Of a DNA stretch of 64,000 nt, positions 53,101-64,000 are shown piece after piece. Source of the stretch: Bigelowiella natans CCMP2755 (Eukaryota > Protista > Cercozoa); the NCBI GenBank assembly GCA_000320545.1, contig ADNK01001887.1, positions 1 to 64,000 of the forward strand, read 5' to 3'. A program made the translations under genes and the position numbers. The notes under the pieces were generated by a model. That model saw only the letters and a program-made list of their open reading frames with translations. It made no database searches and was not told where the DNA came from. Positions within the stretch are counted from its first letter, which is position 1; the number at the start of each line of letters is the position of its first letter.

Positions 53101-56100
53101 GGTGGTAGCATGAGGGGGGAGCAAGACTCCAAGGAGGGAGGCACGAAAATACCTACTACATATAATTTATCCACGCTTAAAAAGACCCATCATCATCATC
53201 AGCAGCAGCAGCAGCATCTTACTCCCCTCCAGAAACAGCATCGCTACTACCGCACAATACAGACAAGGCTGCTCATCCTCAAGGCCTTTTTGGTCCTCAC
53301 CGCTCTCTTTGCATTCGCTATTGGAGCTCTAAGGCTGGGCGGGGGGACGGGATTTGAGGCTTCTACGACATCATCGCCTACTACTACGACTTCAACTACG
53401 AGCAGCGGCAGCAGCAGCAGTAACTCTGGAGGTGTCTTAGCAGGATTGTACGTCGTTGCTTGCGTGAGCCTCATGGGCCAGCTACAAGGGTGAGAGAGGG
53501 AGGGAAGGGAGGAGGGTGGCGGAGAAACGGGAGGGGGGAGAACAAACAGAAGAGAATAATTAGAAAAGGACAGATTACCAATGGTTAGCGCTTTGAAATT
53601 GTTATTTGTTCTCATTTCATTTCCTCTGTTATCTGCTGTTGAAATGATGTTTCTACCGATCGCTCGCATCGCTACTATTTCCATCATTGCCTACACCACC
53701 ACCACACCGTCACCTTCATCGTCATTCGGTGTTGTGCTGGCGTTGTGTTACTTTGCTAATCATCATCCATCACCCACCACCACCACCACCACCGCCAGAT
53801 TGTTTTCAAAGCGGCGGCAGTGGAAATGGAGATTAGTCGGCCTACTGAATGGCTGCTCGTTGCTGGTGTCCCTTGCGATGCGTTTCTCATTGCTCGAGGC
53901 GTGCTTCGGTAAGCTGGAATGGCTCGGAGCGAAAGCATGCCAGCAATCCGTGATTCTCGACATCCTTCTGTTTGGCCTCCTCGGGCTCAGACGCCGTCTA
54001 TTCGAAAGGGGGTTTGGCGTGCAGCTGGGGCGGTACTGGCAGCTCATGAAAATGCAATCCCTCGGTAGTAGTCGTAGTAGTAGTAGTAGTAGTAGTAGTA
54101 GTCGTAGTAGTAGTAGTAGTAGTAGCAAAGCAGCACTTGATGCCTGTTGATTATGGCAATCATGTTTATTTCCGTTAACTCTACGATTGGGTTTGGTTTT
54201 CTCCGGGGGGCAGTTATGATGATCCAATAAGCAGGCACCCCACCTTCCCCACTACCACCACCACCACCACCACTAGCTTCACCTAAATATCATTATCTTT
54301 ACCTTGCGTCGCCGACGATCAAACATAAATCAGCGCGGGAGCATGCCAACCGTGAGCGCAGAAAGTGGCTCGAGAAGGTGACGCAGATAGAGGTCACGAT
54401 TGCGTACTTCAAGAGGCAGCTCAGGTATTATGAGAGATGGAAGCAACGGTCCGCGCCCAATTTAAGCAAAGGCGTGAGTTTGGTTCTTGACGAATGCGGC
54501 ATCGACCTCGATTTAAAGGTGGTGATAATAAAACTTGCGCATGGGAGAGTGTATTTCTGTGCCCGTAATTAGTGAATGTGTGGGGGGGAGGGGGGGGGGT
54601 TTGCGGGGTTTGGAGATGGATATGGGTGATGGCCAGATCTCCAAGAAAAATGAATAATTCACACAATTTGCTAATTTTCATTGTTGATGCTGCTGCATTG
54701 TTGGTTCTGATCTGCTCTACTCCTCCCACATCCCTCCATCCCCCCCATCATCGCCCTTCCTTCCTTTCCTCCCTCCCTGTGAAAAGCATGCGACAATGGA
54801 TTCTATTGCGGGGGTTGTGCGTTCGTTAGAAGCCAAGCGTGCTGCAATGGAAGATGATCCTGCGGCCGCACCACTAGCAGGGAATCATCATCATCATCAT
54901 CATCAAAACCACAATAACTACCACCAGAACAAGATTAAGCGCTACAAGTCCGCTCCCGACGTGGCGGGGAGAGGGGGGGAGATGCGAGGAGGAGGAAATG
55001 AAGACATACGAGGAGACCCTTTCCAGCAGCAACACAGCCATCATCATAACCAACGCCATCATTACAATCATGGCAAAATGATGCAGAAGCCGCACCAGCA
55101 GCAGCAAGAGCAGCAGCAGCAGCAGCAGCAGCAATTGACCGAGATATCTCTGGTTGCGACCTGTATTGTAAGTGGAGGGCGATTCGAGAAGAAAAAAAGG
55201 AAGAGCCTATTGAAGCAAGGTAATAGTGCTGGTGGCAAGGACCAACAAATCAGGCGCAGTATCAGTGGGGAAGGCGTAAGATTCAGGCAAAATGCTACAG
55301 GAGGAGGAGGAGGTGGGGCAGGTTGTTGATAATAAGTAGTCCGAAGTAGTGATTACCTAAATGACATTTGTCTTTCGTCAAGTTAACATGATTATCACCA
55401 TATGCCGTGATGGGATGGTGGTGGTGGTGGTGGTGGTGGGTGGTAGTGCTAAAAAAAGGGGGGGGACAAACCTCCGGTTCACTGCTCTTCCTCCTCCTCC
55501 TCTTCTCCCTTTTTTCTTTCTTTCTTTCTTTCATATATAAGCAGCAACTCCATCATCCCTCTCGTCCTCCTCCTCAGCTGTCTGGAACATGCCTGGTCAA
55601 GGAGCGGCGGAACAAGTGGAGGGGGGCGATAAAAAGAGGAAGCAGCAGCCATACTATCAGCACAAGCAGCAGCAACAGAGCCAGCGACAGCACTTCCTAG
55701 ACGTGTTTCACAGCGCGTACGTGCAGGTGCGACAGGGCCGACACACTCTCGCCACGTCGCCAGCCCCGGGTATTATCTTGAGTAAATCTGGTGGGAAGAT
55801 ATCGTGGGAAAAGCTGCATTTGACGATGGAGCTCATGTCGCCAGTAGAACCGGTTGATATTCGGTGGTTCATACCCAAATCATCCCTTGCAGCTACTACT
55901 ACTGCTGCTGCTGCCGGTGGCGCTGCATTTCCCTCCTCCACTTCCCCCTCCTCCCAGTTGTTGTCCCCCCCCTCTCCTCTCCTTCCAGATGTCACGGTGG
56001 GGTCGTGCAGTGTGAGTGTTGCCGATCTGCTAGCTGGGGATACAGCCAAGCACATTGTAAGAAGAAATTATTTACTGATGATTCACTGATTGATTGTAGC

Positions 56101-56781
56101 AGTAGAGTAATAGAGCTCCACAATCACTGTTTCCCATTGCCTCCTCATGCATATATTCTTGCTTAACCATAGACACTTAAGTCTGAATCATCCGATTGGA
56201 ACGGACATGGGGAGTCATCGTCGCTTCTGAAATCTGTGAAGGTGCTCATCCAGGAGGGCACGAGTGTCCTCGTACAAACACAGAAGAAGAAGAAGAAGAA
56301 AAGGAAGAGGACAGGTCGAGGCAACCGCGCTGCGACGATTGGAGTGATGCCAAGTAGTGGCAAGCTCAATAACAACATCGACAGCAACGTCAACGGCGCA
56401 AACGGTATTAACGGTGGCGGGGGAAATAAAGGCAACAACAGCAGCAACAAGAACAACAACAACAACAATGGGAACACCAAGTATAAGCGAACCGCCACTC
56501 AAACCGTCCAAGAACGCATTGTAAGTGCAGCCCCCCGTAGTTATTATTCGTGAATATAGTAGTAGTTCTTTCTCCTTTATTTCAATAATATATGTATATC
56601 TGGGGGTGATCTTCTCTTCCTCCTCCTCCTGCTCCTTCTCTTTTCCCTAACACCATCACCACTATCTTAGTAGACGAATAGTTTCTTCTCTTTCTCACTT
56701 AGGCCTGCCAATCACCTTTCTTCTCCCCCCCCCCTCCATGCTGCTTCTGCGAATGCTTTCCGCCGTTTTCTCCTCCTCCTT

Positions 56782-56827
<46 letters not shown>

Positions 56828-57569
56828 TTCTCTTTCTCTTCCTCTCAGTGGCAAGGGGTGTTCTACCGTGGCGGATCGGTGAACGAAACAGCAGATGGCA
56901 AACATGTCAATAGCAGTTTAGCACCAGTGGCACCATCAGCATCGAAGGACGTGCGCTATACACGTGCCCGGTCATTTCCACGGAGTGTCAAATCTCCTTA
57001 CTACTATGAACCCGGTGAAGATCCCATTCTGACCCATCTGCAGCAGCAGCAACAACAGCAGCAGCAGCAGAGTAAAGAGCAATGGTGGAAAGCTGCCCTG
57101 AAGGAGGCCAACAAGTGGGTCACGTGGGGGATTGAAACGGTAGTATGCTACCCATTGCTACCACGAAGAACAGTGTTGATGAGCACAGAAGCAGCAGCAA
57201 CCGAGTTGTAGTAGGGTAGTAGTAGCTAGTAGTAGTAGTTCCTTTCCTCCTCCAATATCTTACACATGAACGAACGTGTGGTGAATATGATCAGATAATA
57301 GCGACTGTCTGGTTATACTCCGATTATCACGATCTGGCGCAAAAGCCAGGCACGCAGCTGCGACGGTTTGGGCGTGCATTCGGATCATGGGTGTTATCGA
57401 ACACAGACGTGCTGTGCTATGCCACCTTCATTGCCGATCACGTCGCTGCCTACAACTTGATGTCGGTTGTGTTTCCATTGTCCATGTTCCTCGTTGCCAT
57501 TCCCTCTCCCACTTCGCGCCGATACTGGAAGTTTATGGCGACGTATTGCTCTGCCATCATCATGTTTAA

Positions 57570-57608
<39 letters not shown>

Positions 57609-57915
57609 TTTATGGATCTGTGCTTCTCTCTGGCATGCAAATAGTTAAATGACATTGCTGCATTCCGAGATGAGTGTGATGTTATCGTCATATGACCGCC
57701 CCTCTATGTACGTAGTAGCTTTTGATCACATCTGCTACCTTTTCATTGCATCCTCATCATCATCATCATTATCATCATGCTTTGGCTGATCGGACCAACC
57801 TCTGATTTTCTCATCAAACAACAATGATGTTGATAAAGACTTTCCTGAGGCTGCCGTTCATCGGCGATAACATCGTTGGACATGGCATCATCACGGTAGG
57901 AGTAGTAGTAGCAGC

Positions 57916-57949
<34 letters not shown>

Positions 57950-58573
57950 TTATCAAGCACCAAATGCAATCGCCGATAATAACAAGAATGATGCATGCAG
58001 AAGGGATGTATCTGAATAATCTTCTTCTTCTTCTTCTTTTTCTATTTCTTCTTCATCTTCGCCTTCATCGTGACCAGGTCATCTACTACCCCCGTGAATA
58101 CCCATGGGTGTCTGTGCAGCATCACCATCGCCATCACAACCACCACCATCAATATGAGCTGCGCGACGATATCCGGCCGATGCTCGAGTGGGACCTTGCT
58201 TTCGATCTCCTTGTGCTTCTTGCACTGTCGGCACATCGGCAGGTCATGATGCTGAAGGGCGTGTGGGACATCCATGATCATCTCACCAGTGCCAAAGCAG
58301 CAGCAGCTGCAGCTGCTGCTGCTGCTGCAGCTGGCGATCACAAGAAAAGACGGAGTAGTAACTCTGTGCTAGCTGCTATTGCAAAGAAGAAGAAGGGCAA
58401 GAATAAGGAGGTACACCAGCAGCTGCAGTTGTTTTACGAATCCGTCGAGCGCATGTCTTCGGAAGGGACAATGCCAGCAGCAGCGGGAGAAGGAGCAACA
58501 GGTATGCTGCTTCATCGATCTATGCGAAGCACCAGTACCAACAATAGGAGGAGAACGACGATGAGGATGAGAA

Positions 58574-58614
<41 letters not shown>

Positions 58615-59903
58615 CGTTACCATCCCCTTTCTTTCCCTCCTTCCTCAGAGCGACAACAGCAACCAGCAGAACAGCCACCGCTGCCTTCTCCTCCTTCTCC
58701 TCGACGTCATGCTCCTTCCGAGCCCCTTCTTCTCCCCCCCCACTCTCGCCAGCAAATGTCAGCAGCAGAGAGTCGGAAATTGGGCGGATCTCTGTATCAT
58801 CACCACAACCAACAACAACAACAACAACATCTTGGAGGCATCGTCTCGTCGCATGGAAGAGGAGCACTGGCATCAGCATCAGGAGAAAATAATAATAACA
58901 ACAATAATGATAATAGGCAAAATGAAGAGAGCAAGAAAAACGCATTTCTTGGTGGTGGTGGTGGTGGTGGTGGTAGCCGTGATGATAGAAAGCTTGCTGA
59001 TGCTGATGCTGATGCTGCTGCTGTGCTTGGTATTTCGAGAAGTGAGGAGAAGAGACCTCGTCTCCACGATATGCTCCAGCAGCAGCAGCAACAACAACAA
59101 CAACCGTGGCACCAGCCACAGCCGTCGTCATCATCATTCGGCTATCATCATCATCATCATCATCATCATCCTCATCCTCATCAACATCATCATTACAACG
59201 GTAACAACAACCGTCTCCTCGGCAACGACGTCGTGATTATTGACGAAGAGGTAGGCGGCCATGATCGTGGTGGAGATAACAACGACGACAACGACACCCT
59301 CTCTGCTTATGAGTACTTTATCGAGGAAGAGGAGGATGATGGCTTCGGCGGTGGCGGCAATGGCCAAAATCTGCTCTTCATGGAGGGAGACGAGGAGGGG
59401 AACGATTACTACCACGATGACAACAACACACGGAAACGCACACTCACAAGTTTAGTCAATCACTTCAAGCAGCATTATCTCCGGGTACAACGAAAGCGGC
59501 CACTAACGTCGAAGGACCTCTACGGCTGGATCTTCTGGACGGAAGTGATAGCATTCATCATGATCGTGACTTTCTTCCCTCGATTCTCTGGCAACTACGG
59601 GGACTCGCTCCAGGAGACGTTTGCCTCAAACAGAGTGCCTCTAGCCTTTTTCTTCGCAATGTTCACGCAGTTTCTACTCATCGTCATCGACCGTGTAAGT
59701 AGCAGTGGGTAGACGTACAGAGTAGTAGTAGGAAGGAAGGGGGGTGGGGGGGGGAGGAGAAGAACAGCTGCCTCTCATCGCAGACAGACCGACACAGCGA
59801 GAAGGGAGAAGGGAGGGGGGGGGGGGGGGTTACGAGTACAACAGGAGATCAGCAAATAGAGGAATGTGCGTTCGTCATCGTTTTCACCATTTAGAAATCC
59901 CTG

Positions 59904-59939
<36 letters not shown>

Positions 59940-61714
59940 ATTAGGTGCTTTACCTCACAAACTCTCGTACGTGGAAGGGCCGGTTGCAGGTTCTCGGCGT
60001 AATATCGGTGCATGCGACGGTGTTTCTGCTTCCCCTCTTCAACACACCGCCGCTCGGATCCAACCCAGGGCTGATGAACTCCGATGTGACGTACCGTGTT
60101 TACTCGATCTTTTACATCGTGAAGGCCATCTACCTCTTCGCTTCTGCCCACCAGGTCAGAGCAGGGTACCCGCCCTTTGCGAAGGAGGACGGAACCTTCA
60201 CCATCCCCTCTCTTACTGGCTTGGTCCTCTTCAGCATTTACCGTGCCATTCCATTCTTGTTCGAGGCGAAGACTATTCTGGATTGGACGTGCACAGGCTC
60301 CCCGCTCTTCTTTGGAGACTGGCTCAAGCTGCACGACATCCACTGCAACCTCTACATGGTGGAGTGCGACCTTGAGTACCGAAAGTCGCTCAAGCGAAAG
60401 AAAGGCGATATCTACCCGACAAGGATCAAGGTGGTAGTCGGCTTCTTCGCAGTGTTTGGCCTGGTTCTGATTGTGTGGCTGCCATTCATGATCTATCTCA
60501 CCGGGGTGCCTCTTTTCGTAAACCCGCTTCAATCGGTGACGCTCACGGTGAAGATCGAAGGGCAGCATAATTCCTGGAGGCTGTGCGAGCACTCCGATGT
60601 GATAGGCATTCATGAGGTGCCGGCAGGGCTCTCCCTCGACGTGCTACGCGATCACCCGTACAATCTACCCAACAACCTGGTGCAGGAGACTGTGCAGCAC
60701 GTCAGACTCAACGGCGATTCGACATACGCGTGGACTATCACGCCGCCTTCCTTAGAGAAGCTCATCGAGACTGTGGAGAACGACGACACGTGCCGTCTGG
60801 TCATGGCCTTTCGGTTCGAGATGGAATCAGGCTCCGTGTCGCGAGTGCGATATGAAGCCGACCTCAACAAGAAACTTCTCCTCAAAGCCCTCAACGCATC
60901 GCACGTGCACGACTACTATCGAGAAGAGCACGGCGAGGAAGGAGGGAGGGGGAGGAACAGAAAGATGGGATGGGCGGACGGCGAGGACCTCTCTGTAACT
61001 GTGGACAATGCGTATCCCCTCTACACGCACATCCTTGCAGCAGGGGAGGCAAGGGCAGCAGGGCCAAAGGTAAACCTGAAGCTCACTCGAATGTCGTCGC
61101 AGGGGGTTGAATGGTGGGCGATAAGGTCCACTTCGCTTGGTAAGCAGGACGAGACAACGGCAAATGGAGGAGGAGGAGGAGGAGGAGAGAAGACGACGCC
61201 GAAGGGAAGAAAACTGCCGCCTCCCCCACCACCAAGAGCAACAAAAGTACGCCGGCGGCGTAGAAAGGTTATGGGAATGTCCTCCTCTTTCCACGGTACT
61301 GATGATGGAGGCGATTGCCGCTCTCCCAAATTCTGCGATGACGAGCTGCTAGTAGAGGAGGAACACCTGGCTCAGCAGCAGGAGCCCGACGAAGACCACG
61401 GCGACGACAACGCTGCAAGTAATGAGGATGATGGAAACTACGACGAGAACGAGGAGGAAGAAGAAGAATATGATGATGATGAAGAAGAAGAATATAGGAA
61501 AGAAAATGACTGGAACAACCCATGGAGGGGGATATTCAGTGGAAACTCCCTGGTTTTCTTCACATTGTCGGACCAAATGCTTCTGGGAAAGCTCATTGAC
61601 TCCTCCATTTACGAGTATGTGCATGTCTGCGATGCGTGCGTATTTGTCATCGTGCTAGACAATTGGCAATAATTTGCTAATGTCAATACATAAAACGTTT
61701 ACAACAGTAAATGT

Positions 61715-61758
<44 letters not shown>

Positions 61759-62115
61759 TTTTCAAGTATACTCTTATTCTCGACATTCCTAAATGACTAC
61801 GATATTAGGTATGGAATGTTCGCACTCTATGTGACGTTCGTGTTCTCGCTTGGGAGATTTCTTCGAGTATACGTCGTTGGGATGAGCCATCGCATCATCT
61901 ATGAAGACTGGGGAGACGTTGAGTTCGTAAAAGAGCTTCTCAACGACATCTATGCAGCCCGTTGGGATAACGAATATGAGTTGGAGGAGGAGATGTACGG
62001 AGAGCTTATACAGCTGTATCGCTCTCCCGAGAAGCTCCAAGAGGTTACGCGCCCTCCGAAGAAGCTAATCGGCATTATGAACTGGCCATCCACCGCCAAG
62101 ACAAAAACAGACTAG
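45870..62115 (+). CDS. PIEZO: Piezo-family mechanosensitive ion channel
   Basis: Many TM units. Beam-like ILDILLFGLLGLRRRLF..REHANRERRKWLEKVTQIE, THU9-like SNTDVLCY..VFPLSMFLVAIPSPTSRRYW, QFLLIVIDRVLYL, the PFxxEx6W motif RAIPFLFEAKTILDW (60251-60286), and inner helix/CTD YGMFALYVTFVFSLGRFLR..ELEEEMYGELIQLYRSPE. Confidence 0.96.
55135..56271 (+). other. C2-like domain inserted in the Piezo cytoplasmic region
   Basis: Strand pattern ISLVATCIVSG / SAYVQVRQG / HTLATSP / GGKISWEKLHLTMEL / VDIRWF / DVTVGSCSVSVADLL / KHITLK / VKVLIQ runs across phase-compatible exons. Confidence 0.65.
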
Positions 62116-62954
62116 ATAAAAAAAAACTATAGCATTAGCATAATTGATATGAAAAAATTAAGAAAAATGCCATCTGTATAAACAAGAATTTCAGACGTGT
62201 GGTAGTACAATATTATTAGCAGAAGATAAATATCATCTAAAGCAACTAGTGAGCAAACGCAGAAAAGGCGACGCCAGTGCCAACGCAAGATTGCAACTGC
62301 AGTACGCTAGTATGTGCAGCGTATCGTACATGTATGTGCATCGGATAGTAGCATTAAGCTATGTAGCATATACATAGTCTATGCATGCTCTAATGCTGCT
62401 GGTAGCAGGTGCATAGAACGTTCTGTGTACGTACAACTGGGAAAATTGAGCGTACGCTTTGCATTGGATTATCTACGGAGCGACGTGATAACAACGTAGT
62501 TACATGTCTACATGTCTCTAGATGCCATGATTTAGCTAGATGATGGCTCGCACATTCATCATCTACTACGCTGCTGGCAACTGGCAAACTATCTAAACAG
62601 TGTGTCTAGTATATTAAGCAAGCACAGCGCAGCTAGTAGTATAGTCCAGATAGTACGTACGTTTACAACTGATAACAACATAGATTTTACCTCTGCCAAT
62701 GAAATAGTGCGCAGTCATAACGACAATGCACAAACATTCGGCATATATACATCAAACAAGTAAATCTACTGAAGATCGATCGCAGCAAACAAGACAATAT
62801 GCCATAACAACACAAAATTATAAGAGGATTTACATATTGTAAAATGGACAGTACATATTTGTGAAATGGAGGTAGTTGCAGCTATTCTGTCTATCAAGAC
62901 TCGATACATTTTCAGGCGCACCTAAAGTTGATGCTATTTCATAAAATTTTGACT

Positions 62955-64000
62955 TTATTCGACCCCTAGAAACTTGAGCATGTGCTCTTGATTGGCCATG
63001 CCTGGTATCGTCATCAAGGCTTGCATGTATCGATCTAAATCAGCTCGCCTCTTCTCAATGAAAGAACGATCAAAGTGATCCTACGGAAGTATCAGGAGGA
63101 AACTCATATCAGTGTACCATATAGTAAGCTCCGTCCTACTTATGCACTTACCGTTAAAATCTTGAAATGCCGAGGAGGAAACTTAGGAAGGCCACATTTT
63201 TTCAAGTCCTTCGCAATCTATCGAGAAGGGGGTGTCATTGCTACAACTTATTTTGCTTGCAGTATGATTTCACCTTTTGATGAAATTCGTAGAAAGCATT
63301 GAATCTCTTAAACGTGGCCCATTCTGCGTGTCCCGTCTTTACATCGATTTGATAAAGCTAACAAAATGATCATATGAAACCATTAAAAGAGAAATAATAA
63401 TTTTGGACAAGTTTCGAAAGGAAAAGATAATGTGATTTAGCACATGTTAATACCACGACTTGACTCCGTGAGCGCGCAGTCTGAACCCTTTTGATTGACA
63501 CGCTCTTAATCTCTGTTCCTATTGACTCGAGCCTTTCCTCATAATGTAGGTCCTCTTCTGACTTGCCTCCTCTCTTCTAAGAAAAGAAAGTTCGGGTTGA
63601 ATTTGAAAATGATCTTAGATTCCCTCAGCTTCTTTCTTTCCTTCCCTTTCTTCCTTCTAACCCTAATGACCTTGTGGCCCTTCGTGGAGGCATTTTGCTG
63701 TTGCTTCTTATTCTCGTTGGAAATGGAGGAGGGTGTAGATCCCTTGCCTTCTTCCATGTTTCCCTTCCTCTCCTTGCCGCTTCACAAAGGGGAGCGGGGC
63801 GGCTTTATGGCTTTCTGGTACTGGCCTGGAACGAAGAATATCAAAGTATTTTAGATAATTTTACCTGATTAAATTAATCTAATTCACTGCTATGATACTT
63901 TTAAAAAAGGATGAGGATTTCCGTTCCGCGACATTTCCAGGATTTCATTTCTTTTTGAAATGCTTACACAGTTTCGGCTTGGTTCAATGACGCCTCCTAG
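62955..64000 (-). CDS. PX (phox homology) domain protein, 3' part
   Basis: Spliced IKSVSIKRVQTARSRSQVV-LYQIDVKTGHAEWATFKRFNAFYEFHQK-IAKDLKKCGLPKFPPRHFKILT-DHFDRSFIEKRRADLDRYMQALMTIPGMANQEHMLKFLGVE* matches the PX consensus (RRYSxF..H, PxFPPK, FIExRR..L). Confidence 0.9.

Noticed and set aside
1-64000. CRISPR arrays, tRNA/rRNA genes, non-standard genetic code
   Set aside because: No repeat-spacer arrays or RNA gene signatures were seen. Well-supported genes splice into open frames with the standard code and GT-AG introns.

Overview
Intron-rich eukaryotic nuclear DNA with many microsatellites. It is most likely a chlorarachniophyte alga, inferred from bipartite signal+transit leaders and short GT-AG introns. 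Manual splicing recovers about 11-12 genes: a ferredoxin-sulfite reductase fragment that breaks off at a compound microsatellite, an unknown multi-exon gene (+), a divergent MYBBP1A/Pol5 homolog with a bipartite leader (+), a YfiM/VanZ-like membrane protein (-), an RNF8-like FHA protein carrying four TQxF motifs (+), a poorly resolved minus-strand gene region, an OSCA/CSC1 channel (+), a secreted protein with a CxxC..CxxC and Tyr-rich tail (-), a plastid PAP/fibrillin (+), a GH81 beta-1,3-glucanase (-), a 16-kb Piezo channel (+) and a PX-domain gene (-). The most notable observations are a C2-like domain inserted after the Piezo beam, a possibly nucleomorph-targeted Pol5, the FHA+TQxF protein, near-strict alternation of gene orientation with palindrome-rich convergent spacers, and complementary microsatellites at the two ends of some introns. 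Exon coordinates come from reading by eye, and no database searches were run.
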